Shown here: piece after piece, positions 51,754 to 64,000 of the stretch
Layout: the number at the start of each line of letters is the position of its first letter
Numbering within the stretch: the first letter of the stretch is position 1
NCBI GenBank assembly: GCA_038087875.1
Contig: CM075998.1
Coordinates: 5,210,001 to 5,274,000, forward strand
Direction: 5' to 3'
DNA length: 64,000 bases
From: Malacoraja senta
Lineage: Eukaryota
Notes under the pieces: generated by a model
What the model saw: only the letters and a program-made list of their open reading frames with translations
Told to the model about the DNA's origin: nothing
The model's database searches: none
Made by a program: the position numbers and the translations under genes

Positions 51754-54185
51754 AGATAGAAACGTAGAAAATAGGTGCAGGAGGAGGCCATTCGGCCCTT
51801 CGAGCCAGCACCACCATTCAATATGATCATGGCTGATCATCCACAATCAGTACCCCGTTCCTGCCTTCTCCCCATATCCCTTGATTCCGTTAACCCTAAG
51901 AGCTAAATCTAACTCTCTCTTGAAAACATCAAGAGAATCGGCCTCCACTGCCTCCTGTGGCAGAGAATTCCACAGATTCACAACTCTCTGGGTGAAAAAG
52001 TTTTTCATCTCAGTCCTAAATGGCCAACCCCTTATTCTTAAACTGTGACCCCTGGTTCTGGACTCCCCCAACATCGGGAACATTTTTTCTTCATCTAGCC
52101 TGTCCAATCCCTTAAGAATGTTGAATGTTTCTATAAGATATCCTCTCATCCTTCTAAATTCCAGTGAATACAAGCCCAGTCGACCCATTCTTTCATCTTG
52201 TGTCAGTCCCTCCATCCCGGGAATTAACATGGTGAACCTGCGCTGCACTCCCTCAATAGCAAGAATGTCCTTCCTCAAATTAGGAGACCAAAACTGCACA
52301 CAATACTCCAGGTGTGGTCTCACCAGGGCCCTGTACAACTGCAGTAGGACCTCTTTGCTCTTAAACTCAAATCCTCTCGTTATGAAGGCCAACATGCCAT
52401 TAGCTTTCTTCACTGCCTGCTGTACCTGCATGCTTACTTTCAGTGACTGATGTACAAGGACCCCCAGGTCTCGTTGCACCTCCCCTTTTCCTAATGTGAC
52501 ACCATTCAGATAATAATCTGCCTTCTTGTTCTTGCCACCAAAGTGGAAAACCTCACATTTATCCACATTATACTGTATCTGCCAAGCTTCTGCCCACTCA
52601 CCCAACCTATCCAAGTCACCCTGCAACCTCACAGTATCCTCCTCGCAGCTCACACTGCCACCCAGCTTTGTGTCATCTGCAAACTTAGAGATGTCACATT
52701 TAATTCCCTCGTCTAAATCGTTAATATATATTGTAAATAACTGGGGCCCCAGCACCGAGCCTTGCGGCACCCCACTAGTCGATGCCTGCCATTCTGAAAA
52801 GGACCCGTTAATTCCTACTCTTTGCTTCCTGTCTGCCAACCAGTTCTCTATCCATGCCAATACCCTACCCCCAATACCATGTGCTCTAATTTTGCACACT
52901 AATCTCTTGTGTGGGACCTTGTCGAAGGCTTTTTGAAAGTCCAGATACACCACATCCACTGGCTCTCCCTTATCCATTCTACTTGTTACATCCTCAAAAA
53001 ATTCCAGAAGACTAGCCAAGCATGATTTCCCCTTCATAAATCCATGCTGACTTTGACCAATCCTGTCACTGCTTTCCAAATGCCCTGCTATAACTTCTTT
53101 AATAATCGACTCCAGTATCTTCCCACAACCGATGGAAAGCTAACTGGTCTATAATTCCCCGTTTTCTCTCTCCCTCATTTCTTACAAAGTGGAGATCCAT
53201 TGGCTACTCTCCAGTCCACAGGAAATGACCCAGAGTCAAGAGAACATTGAAAAATGATCACCAATTCATCCACGATTTCTAGGGCCACCTCCTTGAATAT
53301 TCTGGGATGTAGACCATCAGGCCCTGGGGATTCATCTGCCTTCAGTCCAAACAGTTTACCCAACACCATTTTCTGACTAATGTGGATTCCCTTCAGTTCC
53401 TCCCTCCCGATAGACCCTCGGTCCCCTAGTATTTCTGGGAGATTGTTTGTGTCTTCCTTAGTGAAGACAGAACCAAAGTACTCGTTTAACTGTTCTGCCA
53501 TTTCCTTGTTTCCTAATATAAATTCATCTGTCTCTGACTGTAAGGGACCTACATTCGTCTTCACTATTCTTTTCCTTATTACATACCTAAAGAAACTTTT
53601 ACAGTCAGTTTTTATATTCCCCGCAAGCTTTCTTTCATGCTCTCCCCCCCCCTCTTAATTAACCCATTTGTCCTCCTCTGTTGAGTTCTAAATTTCTCCC
53701 AGTCCTCTGGTTTGCCGCTTCTTCTGGCCAATTTATATGCCTCTTCCTTGGCTTTAACACTATCCTTGACTTCCCTCGTCAGCCACGGTTGAGCTGCCTT
53801 CCCAGTTTTATTTTTTCCCAGACAGGGATGAACAATATCTGGAGTTCATCCATGCGGTCTTTAAATCGTTGCCATTGCATCTCCATTGTCAACCCTTGAA
53901 GTATAATTTGCCAATCTATCCTAGCCAATTCCGTCTCATACCTTCAAAGTCTCCTTTATTCAAGTTCAGGACCCTAGTCTCTGAATTAACAATGTCACTC
54001 TCCATCCTAATGCAGAATTCCACCATATTATGGTCACTGTTGCCCAAGGGGCCTTGCACAACAAGATCGCTAACTCATCCTTCCTCATTACACAATACCC
54101 AGTCTAGGATGGCCTGCCCTCTAGTCGGTTCCTCTACATATTGGTTTAAAAACCCATCCCGTATACATTCCAGGAAATCCTCCTC
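51754..54185 (-). mobile_element. Long 5'-truncated CR1 LINE (reverse transcriptase ORF2) nested inside an HE1-like SINE
   Basis: ORF 51847..53079 has QHGF, YLDFQKAFDKV, GVPQGSVLGP and FADD. Upstream frameshifted part has SPGPDGLHP. SINE halves lie at 51600-51753 and about 54205-54345. Confidence 0.95.
51847..53079 (-). pseudogene. CR1 reverse transcriptase domain ORF fragment (410 aa)
   Basis: RT motifs as above; upstream continuation is frameshifted (53175..53564). Confidence 0.9.
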
Positions 54186-54602
54186 CGTACAAGGAATTCA
54201 CCTCAGGTACAGGTTTTCAAGCTAATTGGCTTTAATTAAATTGCCCCTAGTGTGTGTTGGGTAGTGATAGCATGCGGGGATCGCTGGTCGGCGCGGACTT
54301 GGTGGGCCGCAGGGTCTGTTTCCGCACTGTATCACTAAACTGAACTGGAACGTACTGGAGTACAAGGAAGAACTCTAACTCACTGGTTGAGAAGATAGTT
54401 TACCTCAAGTGCAACTGATGGGGTTTTTTTAAGATAGACACAAAATGGTGGAGTAACTCAGCGGGACAGGCAGCATCTCTGGAGAGAAGGAACGGGCGGC
54501 GTTTCGGGTCGAGACCCTTCTTCAGACCTTTTTTCGGTTTTTTTTCTCTGGTCGGTCAATATTTCACATGCTGACTGTTGTCTTGCTTATTTCCTCTTGT
54601 AG

Positions 54603-54985
54603 TCTCAGCTGAGCATCTTGGGGTCGCCGAACCTAACCGATTCGACAGCAAAAGCAGCATTTTCAGCATCCGCGATCGGAAAGAGCCCAGTTCGGAGACG
54701 GAGTTCGCCGACGACGAGCACAGCACCGTGGAGGAGACGGACGGCAACCGAAAGAACTCCCTGTTTGTCCCGAACAAAGAGCCCTACAGGAGGAACAGCT
54801 ACAGCGGCTACAGCCAGCCCAGCAAGTCGTCCAAGATGTTCCCAGTGCTCCCGGTCAATGTGAAAAGGAACAGTACTGTGGACTGCAATGGTGTGGTCTC
54901 CCTTATCGGTGGCCCTGGAGCCAACCTACCTGGTGGACGCCTACTGCCTGAGGTGATAATAGATAAGGCAGCTACCGATGACAGT
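54603..54985 (+). CDS. scn8a: Nav coding exon 11, loop L1 ([22 protein letters not shown]...[12 protein letters not shown]...[19 protein letters not shown]...LLPE[[11 protein letters not shown]]); alternative donors after 54952 and 54985; 1-nt deletion near 54637
   Basis: ttcctcttgtag acceptor. FADDEHS and [12 protein letters not shown] motifs. Donors GTGATA (54953) and GTAAGG (54986). Confidence 0.93.
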
Positions 54986-56119
54986 GTAAGGATGTCAATG
55001 AGTAGATCAGTTTAGGCATGGCGGTCTATCTAACCTCTCCGCATTGATGTATGCCGCCCTTCCTGACACAAGATGCCATTTACGAATGGAAGTTGGATTG
55101 TGCATCTGAACCTCCATCCACTTCTCCAAACCTACTAGTTGCTCAATTGGGAAGCTGTAAACCCCCCCCCCCCCTCTTTGAAAATGACCTAGGATGAGTA
55201 ATCTCAAAGTGAAAAATTGAATCCTTTTCCACCCAAAGGCAATCTTTTTTCATTCAATCACCTGTCTCATTTTTTTTAAATATTCGTCAATGCGAAATGA
55301 CACTTATTTGTTTGAAGAATGCTTTGGCAGTGTCCTTTATTAGTCTTAGAGTGATACAGTGTGGAAACAGGCCCAACTTGCCCATACCGGCCAACATTTC
55401 TCAGCTACACCAGTCCCAACTGCCCGCGTTTGGTCCATATCCCTCCAAACCTGTCCTATCCATGTACCTGTCCAACTGTTTCTTAAACGTCGGGAGAGTC
55501 CCAGCCTCAACTACCTCCTCTGGCAGCTCGTTCCATACACCCACCACCCTTTGTGTGAAAAAGTGACCCCTCAGATTCCTATTAAATCTTTTCCCCTTCA
55601 CCTTGAACCAATGTCCTCTGGTCCTCGATTCCCCTACTCTGGGCAAGAGACTCTGTGCATCCACCCGATCTATTCCTCTCATTATTATTCTGGTCATGCA
55701 ACACACAAACTGCTGAAGGAACTCAGAGGGTCAGGCGGCATCACTGGAGGACATGGATAGGTGACCTTTCAGAGTCGGGACCCTTCCTCGGACCCCGAAA
55801 AAGGTTCCCGACCCAAAACATCGCCCGTCCATCTCCTCGAAGGATGCCGCTGGACCTGCTGAGTTACTCCAGCAATTTGTAAACCACTGCCTGCAGTTCA
55901 ATAGACAATAGACAATAGGTGCAGGAGTAGGCCATTCGGCCCTTCGAGCCAGCACCGCCATTCAATGTGATCATGGCTGATCACATTGTGTATCATTTCT
56001 TAACATTACATCACAAAAGCCCAATTCCACATCAACAGGGTTTGGAATGAGAGCACAGGGGAGAACGCACGTCTTGAGAAGCAAGTGACTTTCACTAATT
56101 AATTGAACAATATCTTAAG

Positions 56120-57150
56120 GCAGTGAAGAAAGCAAATGGTATGTTAACATTCATAGCAAAAGGATTTGAGTATAGGAGCAGGGAGGTTCTACTGCAGTTG
56201 TACAGGGTCTTGGTGAGACCACACCTGGAGTATTGCGTACAGTTTTGGTCTCCTAATCTGAGGAAGGACATTCTTGCCATAGAGGGAGTACAGAGAAGGT
56301 TCACCAGACTGATTCCTGGGATGGCAGGACTTTCATATGAAGAAAGACTGGATAGACTTGGCTTGTACTCGGTAGAATTTAGAAGATTGAGGGGGGATCT
56401 TATAGAAACTTACAAAATTCTTAAGGGGTTGGACAGGCTAGATGCAGGAAGATTGTTCCCGATGTTGGGGAAGTCCAGAACAAGGGGTCACAGTTTAAGG
56501 ATAAAGGGGAAATCCTTTAGGACCGAGATGAGAAAAACATTTTTCACACAGAGAGTGGTGAATCTCTGGAACTCTCTGCCACAGAAGGTAGTTGAGGCCA
56601 GTTGATTGGCTATATTTAAGAGGGAGTTAGATGTGGCCCTTGTGGCTAAAGGGATCAGGGGGTATGGAGAGATGGCAGGTGCAGGATACTGAGTTGGATG
56701 ATCAGCCATGATCATATTGAATGGCGGTGCAGGCTCGAAGGGCCGAATGGCCTACTCCTGCACCCATTTTCTATGTTTCTATGTTAATCTTAAATCTTAA
56801 GGGATTGGACAGGCTAGATGCAGGAAAAATGTTCCCTGATGTTGGGGGAGTCCAGAACCAGGGGTCACTCACAGCTTTAGAATAAGGGGTAGGCCATTCA
56901 CGATGGAGATGAGGAAAAACCTTTTCACCCAGAGAGTTGTGAATCTGTGGGATTCTCTGCCACAGAAGGCAGTGGAGGCCAATTCATTGGATGTTTTCAA
57001 AGAGAGTCAGATTTAGGTCTTAGGGCTAACGGTGTCAAGGGATATGGGGATAAAGCAGAAAGCTGATTGTGGATGATCAGCCATGATCACATTGAATGGC
57101 AGTGCTGGCTCGAAGGGCCGAATGGCCTACTCCTATTGTCTATGTTTCTA
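56120..57150 (+). mobile_element. Two consecutive CR1-like 3' fragments
   Basis: ORF 56123..56605 and a second fragment from about 56795. Confidence 0.85.
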
Positions 57151-59199
57151 TAGTGCTGTAGCCTTAGATCTAAGCACAAATCCCATTGAATAGAGTATCT
57201 TACTATCTCCACAATAGCTAACTGCAGACAGTGCAATTCCAAAGTCAACTGCGGAGCCCATTTCTCTCCCCAAGTCCCCCTCCGACTTTTGACCGCGGCT
57301 AATCTAGGAATCGGGAACATAATCAAGAACGTCTTCCAAATTATTTGGGTGGAAGAAAGGACATTTATTCAGGATTGCTACTGATTGCATTCTAAGGCAT
57401 TTTCTGGGAATCCTGCAACCAGCATTCAATTCCCTACTTTTCCGTCTCCCTCATTTAATGAACACTTAGCTAGAGGTGTATATCTTTAGAAGTAGCATGC
57501 CTGCAGAGCTTGACTAATGTTTGCCATCTAAAGCATGAGGCATGCGGAATCATGTAGATATGGATGATGTGAGTTATTGTGCATTAACGACGCAGTTTAA
57601 ACAGACAGTATCCTGCCTCTCTACGTTGTATGCTCTGCGTTTCACCGAGAAGATGCCCGACCTGTTTCTGAAGGCCAGCGTTTAGTGTTGTGGTTCATGC
57701 GATTAACCTTGCGTTCTCCATTGAAAATCATTTTGTGTCTCGTTAATATTGACGATCGGCCCAGTGCCAAGTGGGACGTGTGCAGTTGTTCGAAAACTGT
57801 TGCCGATATCTCCTAGGGGACTATCCCAGGCGCAGGGGTAGAGACGCTGCTTTACAGTGCTTTCAGCGCCTGAGACCCGGGTTCCATCCCGGCTGCGGGT
57901 GCTGTCTGTACGGAGTTTGCACGTTCTCCCCGTGACCTGCGTGGGTTTTCTCCGAGACCTTCGGTTTCCTCCCACACTCCAAAGACGTGCAGGTTTGTAG
58001 GTTAATTGGCTTGGTGTAAATGTGCATTGTCCCCAGTGTGTGTAGGGGTAGTGTTAGTGTGCGGGGATCGCTGGTCGGCGCAGACTCGATGGGCCGAAGG
58101 GCCTGTTTCTGCGCTGTATCTCTAAACTAAATTAAAGAGTTATATATTTCAAAAAACCTTGCCTTCACAAATGGGTTTAGCATACTTTTTGATTAATTGG
58201 TATGAGTTATTCCAATTATTTTGCTTTGAAGACCCTAATGGTGGTTTGTGGCGTGGTTGGTTCATAGGACCAAACAGCTTTTAGAGTCACACGGCATGGA
58301 AACAGGCCGTTCAGCCCATCATGCCCCATCTATACTCGACCCACCTGCCTGCATTTAGCCCATATCCCTCCAAACCTTCCCTGTCCTTGTCCTCAAACTG
58401 CGGAGCATCCTGGACAATACAGCTCCTCACCCCCCTCCGTGACACCACTGGTCAACCTGAGGAGCACCTTCAGCAACAGACTGGTTCCACCAAGATGCAG
58501 CACAGAACGCCACAGGAGATCCTTCTTCCCTGTGGCTATCAAAGTGTACAACTCCTCCCCCTTCTGACGTGGGGTCGACTGAGACTGACTCTCCCCCTCC
58601 CCCCCCCCCACCCCCCCTTCGGTAAAACTTGTCTAAGCTGACCAAGATGTCCCATCTACAGTCATCGGAGTAGAATTAGGCCATTCGGCCCATCAAGTCT
58701 ACTCCGCATTCAATCATGGCCGATCTCTGCCTCCTAATCCCATTTACCCGCCTTCCACCCATAACCCTTGACACCCATTCCAATCAAGAATTTGTCTGTC
58801 TCTGCCTTAAAGATATCCACTGACTTGGCCTCCACAGCCCTCTGTGGCAATGAATTCCACAGATTAACCACCCTCTGACTAAAGAAGTTCCTCCTCACCT
58901 CCTTTCTAAAAGAGTGCCCTTTAATTCTCAGGCTGTGGCCTCTGGTCCTAGACTCTCCCACCAGTGGAAACATCCTCTCCACTTCAATGCTGGTCTCACC
59001 TGCCTGCATTTAGCCCATATCCCTCTGAATGTTTCCTATCCATGTACCTGTCCAAGTGTCTTTTAAATGTTGTGTTAGTCCCAGCCTCAACTACCTCCTC
59101 CGGCTACCTCCTCTTGTCTGAAGAAGGGTCTCGACCCGAAACGTCACCTATTCCTTTTCTCCAGAGATGCTGCCTGTCCCGCTGAGTTACTTCAGAATT

Positions 59200-59785
59200 T
59201 TAGAGTCATAGAGTGTTACAGTGTGGAAACAGGCCCTTCGGCCCATCTTGCCCACACGGGCCAACATGTCCCAACTACACTAGTCCCACCTGCCTGCGTT
59301 TGGTCCATATCCCTCCAAACCTGTCCAATCCATGTACCTGTCCAACTCTTGCCTAAATGTTGTGATAATCCCAGCCTCAACTACCTCCTCTGGCAGCTCG
59401 TTCCATACACCCACCCCCCTTTGTGTGAAAAAGCTACCCCTCAGATTCCTATTAAATCTTTTCCCCTTCACCTTGAACCTATGTCCTCTGGTCCTCGATT
59501 CCCCTACTCTGGGCAAGAGACTCTGTGCATCTACCCGATCTATTCCTCTCATGATTTTGTACACCTCTATAAGATCACCCCTCATCCTCCTGCGCTCCAT
59601 GGAATAGAGTCCCAGCCTGCTCAACCTCTCCCTGTAGCTCAGACTCTCTAGTCCTGGCAACATCCTCGTAAAGCAGATCACCCCTCATCCTCCTGCGCTC
59701 ATGGAATAGAGACCCAGCCTGCTCAACCTCTCCCTGTAGCTCACAACCTCTAGTCCTGGCAACATCCTTGTAAATCTTCTCTGAG
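59200..59785 (-). mobile_element. CR1/HER1-like LINE fragment with an internal duplication
   Basis: ORF 59280..59681; 59573-59670 is repeated at 59676-59775. Confidence 0.85.
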
Positions 59786-62700
59786 CCCGTCTGAATTTTG
59801 GGTCTATCTTCCATACACCCGCCACCCTCTCTGTGTGAAAGCACTGCCGAGTGCCAAACGGCCATTGTGTAGGCTGTTGTTTGCAAGAGGGGAACCCATG
59901 CAGAGATGTTACCTTGCTCGGTAACATGATCGTTAACATGGGCTGATCGAGAGATTGAGCCATGCAAACTATTTATAACCTTCTCCCAAAGGAAGGGCCA
60001 GGCCATTCTGTCCGTGGATAGGTGAAAACCAGTGCAAAGATGGTCACATAGATGTGGCGGACATTTATAAACAAAAGGCCCGGCACTGCAGTTGAAATAT
60101 TCGTTGCATCCATGGCAACGTGCCAGCAACTGCAGTCTGCACATTAACCCGTTCACAAACTCCATTTGCACATTTCATTGAAGCTCTCCTTCGAAGTAAT
60201 CAGCGCTGGCAAAATAGCTATCATGATTGCAGCTCGACACCAAAAAAAGCTGGCGTAACTCAGCGGGACAGGCCGCCACTCTGGAGAGAAGGAACGGGTG
60301 AGGTTTCGGGTCGGGTCCCTTCTGAAACGTCGCCCATTCCTTCTCTCCAGAGATCTGCCTGAGTTACTCCAGCCTTGCTGTGTCCATCTTCGGTTTAAAC
60401 CAGCATCTGCAGCTCCTTCCCCCACCTGATGGTAGTTTTCCTCCTTCGGAGCCAGTGGCGCTCATTTTTGGAGCTTTCCCCGATTTTAGTCAAGTGCGGT
60501 TTCGAACGTTTTATTTGACCCAATGGATATGATGAAGGATACTGTCTCTTTAATCACGTTTGGCAAAATATGCATGAGCTTTCACTTGCTCTGACAGATG
60601 TTGGCTTTGCACAATATGTTCACCAGGTCTCTCTGAAGCAAGGATTGAGAAGCAGCAAGACGTAGACGACTGTTGGAGACATCTGATCAGTCAATTTTAT
60701 TTAAAGCTGATCATTGTTCTATGCTGATCAATCGAAATTATGCTGTTGGATGCCATTAGACAAATGTTCACCTTTAAGTCTCTCTCTCTGTCGCTTGAGC
60801 AGAGATATCAGTCTTCTCTGAAGCTGTGGTTAGATTGGAGTTTAGGGGCTGGAGAAAAAAAATCTAGAGAGAGCATTTGTATTCTTGTAACTTGCAGCAT
60901 AATTTAAAGACTAGGGTTTAAACCCTGGCTGGTTAAGGAGCTGATTGTTCAATCAAATCATTTGCGTTTTGTATTCTAACCAGGCTTGAAGTACATGTGT
61001 GTGCTCCCAGGTTTTTGGCACCGGACTTTTACAATGCCAGTGCGAAACACAGGAAGTTGACGCTATGTTCCGATCACTTTGACCCAAGTGCTGAGTCCGA
61101 CTTAGTGTGGATGGAAATTTAAAAGCACAATTATCAAAAATAAGTTGACCTTTTTCACACAAACAAATGTTCCCACTGGGATCATTTGAAAGATCTGCTT
61201 GCATTAAGTTGTTGTTCATTGCAGCTGGCACCCAGGCCTGAGAAGTTGGTTTGCGGCATCTTCAAATGGATGACTTCATCCCTTGAATGGACAACATCTC
61301 AATTGCCGCTAAGCAGAGACCGTTCCCCCCCCCCCCCCCCCTTGGCATAAAGCATGTGATGTCATCTCACTGGGCGACAAAAAACGTGTTGTAAATGGCT
61401 CCAAATGGCGCACTTTGGTTCACGAAAACCAGATGGCACTTTGTGCTTTTGCGGTTTGGATCATTGGAGATCGGAATCCAATCATTTACATTGCCGTGTT
61501 GCCAACGACTGCTCCCCCCTCTGGCAGCAGACTAAAAACATGGGTCTGAGCTGGAGGGGGGGGGGGGGGGGGGGGACACGAACGTGAGCTGAATTTACTG
61601 ATCTAAACTCAGGAGACCCGGCACAAAGATGTCGCCCTCTCGTGACTGGAAGCGCAGACGCGGCATACATTTATAAAAGAAAGGGCCAGCAATCCAGCTG
61701 AGACATTTGTTGCTCCAAAGGCAACGGACCAACAGACTGCAATCTGGGCACGTCAACCATTTAACCAACCCGATGTGCACATTAGCACCAAATTGCGAAA
61801 AGCTAAATTATTGGGGAGCAAGTTGAAATGGAGGGGGGGGGTAGAATTTTTTGGGGCAGTGGATAAACAGAGGATAGTAAAAATCTCCACATCTGGAACC
61901 TGGATTTGAATCCAGCCTATGTTGATAAGACCTTTTTTTTCCCTCTGGCCCTGATTTTGTTTCTGCAAGTGTGTATTTATCCCAATTGGCAATTTCACTG
62001 GGAAGTCTGTCAATGGCTCGGTGTAAAATGTTAACTATGCCTTGCACTGTAGATGATATTGAGGGGGGTGGGGGAGAGACTGAGGATGTAGACAGCTTAG
62101 AGGGAGCTTTACCTTGCTAGCCTCAATGTGCCACACTGATACAGAGATACCTTTCATACCTCGCTGTTTAGATTTTTTTTATCGGAGACAGGCTCGGAAA
62201 AAAAAAAATGTCCTCAGGGATGACCTTACTCTCCACTGCAAGTGTGGGGAAAAAGGCACGTACGTTGTGGACTTTAGCCAAAGTCTTTTTTTAAATAAAA
62301 TCCCCAAACCTAGTGGAAAGACCTCTGAGGATATCTCCGGCCAAATATACCCATCTTAAAACTTGCTTTTCAAAATATTATTTTTTGAAGATTAATTATT
62401 TTTTTAAAAGCACATCAAATTTGTTTTCGTACAAAGGTGACAATTGTGCTGTAAAAGGGTGTGGCATGGTCTTTCATTGGGAGACGAAGTTGACCTCAAA
62501 TCAACTTTGCTTTCTGCCAAACACGGCTTGATTATGAAGCTTTTGGCATAGTTGAAAGAAAATGGCCGATTTCTATCCTTAAATATTTTTCACCGCTTAA
62601 ATGCATTCTCTCTATTCAAGTATTGGTCGTACTAAAACATTTTTGGGTTCCACTTGTATCAGTGAAGGTGTTTTCGTAGCTTTGATGGAAAAGGTAATCG

Positions 62701-63199
62701 CCCGTCATGTTGTGTGGGTGTCAAGTTCTGTCGGAATTTGCATGAATCTGTTCTCGCGAATGCTCACAGTGGAAAGTTCTTGGCCGTCGTGTTGCATTTT
62801 TTTCTGTCGTCTTTTTCCTCGTTACGATTCTTTCACCTTTCACTTGGTTTTCCGTTCTCTGGTCCCAAGCACCGTTTCTCTTTCCAGAAGGGAGGCCTCC
62901 CGTTCCATGCCGATATCTGCCCTAACTGCTCGTGAGATCGCAAATATCGAATGTCCTTCAGAATAATTTCCTTCCTTGTTCCCTCATCTCCCCCCCCCCC
63001 CCCCCATGGAGAAGTGGGGAAGCCTCCAACCGCTAGGCCGGATCTGGCCAAACGCAGTACCAGAGGGTTCAATACCTCGATGGTGTGGATGCATCTCAAG
63101 AACCTCATGTTATTTTCCTAATCCCTTCAGCCTAACTGGAAAGCTCGATGGTTCCTCCATGGGATTGCGATGGAGGGAAACTGAACCATCAAGTCAATC

Positions 63200-63420
63200 T
63201 AAGATGGACACTAAATGCTGGAGTAACTCAGCGGGACAGGCAGCATCTCTGGAGAGAAGGAATGGGTGATGTTTCGGGTCGAGACCCTTCTTCAGGACTG
63301 TTCTATGTCCGAAACGTCACCCATTCCTTCTCTCCAGAGATGCTGCCTGACCCGCTGTTACTCCAGCATTTTGTGTCTATCGTTGGTTTAAACCAGCATC
63401 TGCAGTTCCTTCCTACACAT
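63200..63420. mobile_element. Penelope-derived fold-back element
   Basis: Inverted pLTR arms, flanked by a catcaagtcaatcta duplication (about 63187-63201 / 63418-63432). Confidence 0.75.
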
Positions 63421-63693
63421 CAAGTCAATCTATTCTGTCCCAAGACACGTCCTCATAGTTTGCTGGAGTTCAGTTGCCTATTAAGTCCAAATATGTTAAC
63501 TAGGATGACGTAGTAGTGGTTTAGAGGAGTGTCTAAATTGGATCCGGATTCTATGCTTTGGATAAGACATAAAAAGTCCTACCTACACAAAGGATGTTAA
63601 GAATCCATGCTGCTTTTTAAAGCAGGAGCAGAGGATTCATCCAGGGTCTTGGGCAACACTCCTCCATGTCATTTGCTGTTTGTGGGATGTTGC

Positions 63694-63825
63694 TTTGTGC
63701 AAAATGGCTACCACGTTTGTTCAAAATGGCCACCATGTTTGTTCAAAATGGCCACCACGTTTGTTCAAAATGGCCACCACGTTTGTTCAAAATGGCTACC
63801 ACGTTTGTTCAAAATGGCTACCACG
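63694..63825. repeat. Minisatellite, 6 x 22 bp (tttgttcaaaatggcyaccacg)
   Basis: AAAATGGC at 63701, 63723, 63745, 63767, 63789 and 63811. Confidence 0.95.
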
Positions 63826-64000
63826 TTGTCTGCATAATGGTTTCCGCTTTCCAAAGGGGAGTTCATCGTGTGCCAAATGCTCTGACCTATTCCTGAGCGA
63901 TGTGATCTGATGCATGTGGCCTTTGTAGTGGTTGATTGAAGCAACGTCGATGTGGTCTTGGTGCCGGTCTCCCTGACTTTTACTTGTCTTGGCAAAATAG

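Noticed and set aside
59575..61780. Similar minus-strand peptides (AGPFVYKC / AGPFFYKC) suggesting duplicated coding exons or an H/ACA snoRNA pair
   Set aside because: Peptide similarity follows from the DNA duplication, indels break colinearity, and H/ACA box spacing is not consistent in both copies. Kept only as an unexplained duplicated element.

Overview
Vertebrate genomic DNA, most likely from a cartilaginous fish (skate/ray-like). This is inferred from the HE1-type V-SINE, HER1/CR1 LINE and Penelope repeat landscape. The whole window lies inside one + strand voltage-gated sodium channel alpha-subunit gene, best matching SCN8A (Nav1.6). Visible coding exons are 2, 3, 4, the mutually exclusive pair 5N/5A, 8, 9, 10 and 11, which encode the end of the N-terminus, most of domain I and the start of loop L1. 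Exons 6-7 are not visible and probably fall in a 200-N assembly gap. The conserved U12 AT-AC intron (875-7900) and the 33-nt alternative donor of exon 11 are clear. Four exons carry small indels, most likely consensus errors. Introns are dominated by nested retroelements, Harbinger-like MITEs and a Helitron. The most unusual signals are: (1) many Penelope-derived minimal hammerhead-ribozyme-like motifs, including a perfect 5x45-bp array inside a TSD-flanked fold-back element; (2) an old duplicated ~130-170 bp element with a conserved palindrome in intron 11; (3) a 6x22-bp YY1-motif array; (4) an E-box cluster in the U12 intron. Exon coordinates were counted base by base; repeat boundaries are approximate. 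Homology statements rest on recalled family sequences, not database searches.
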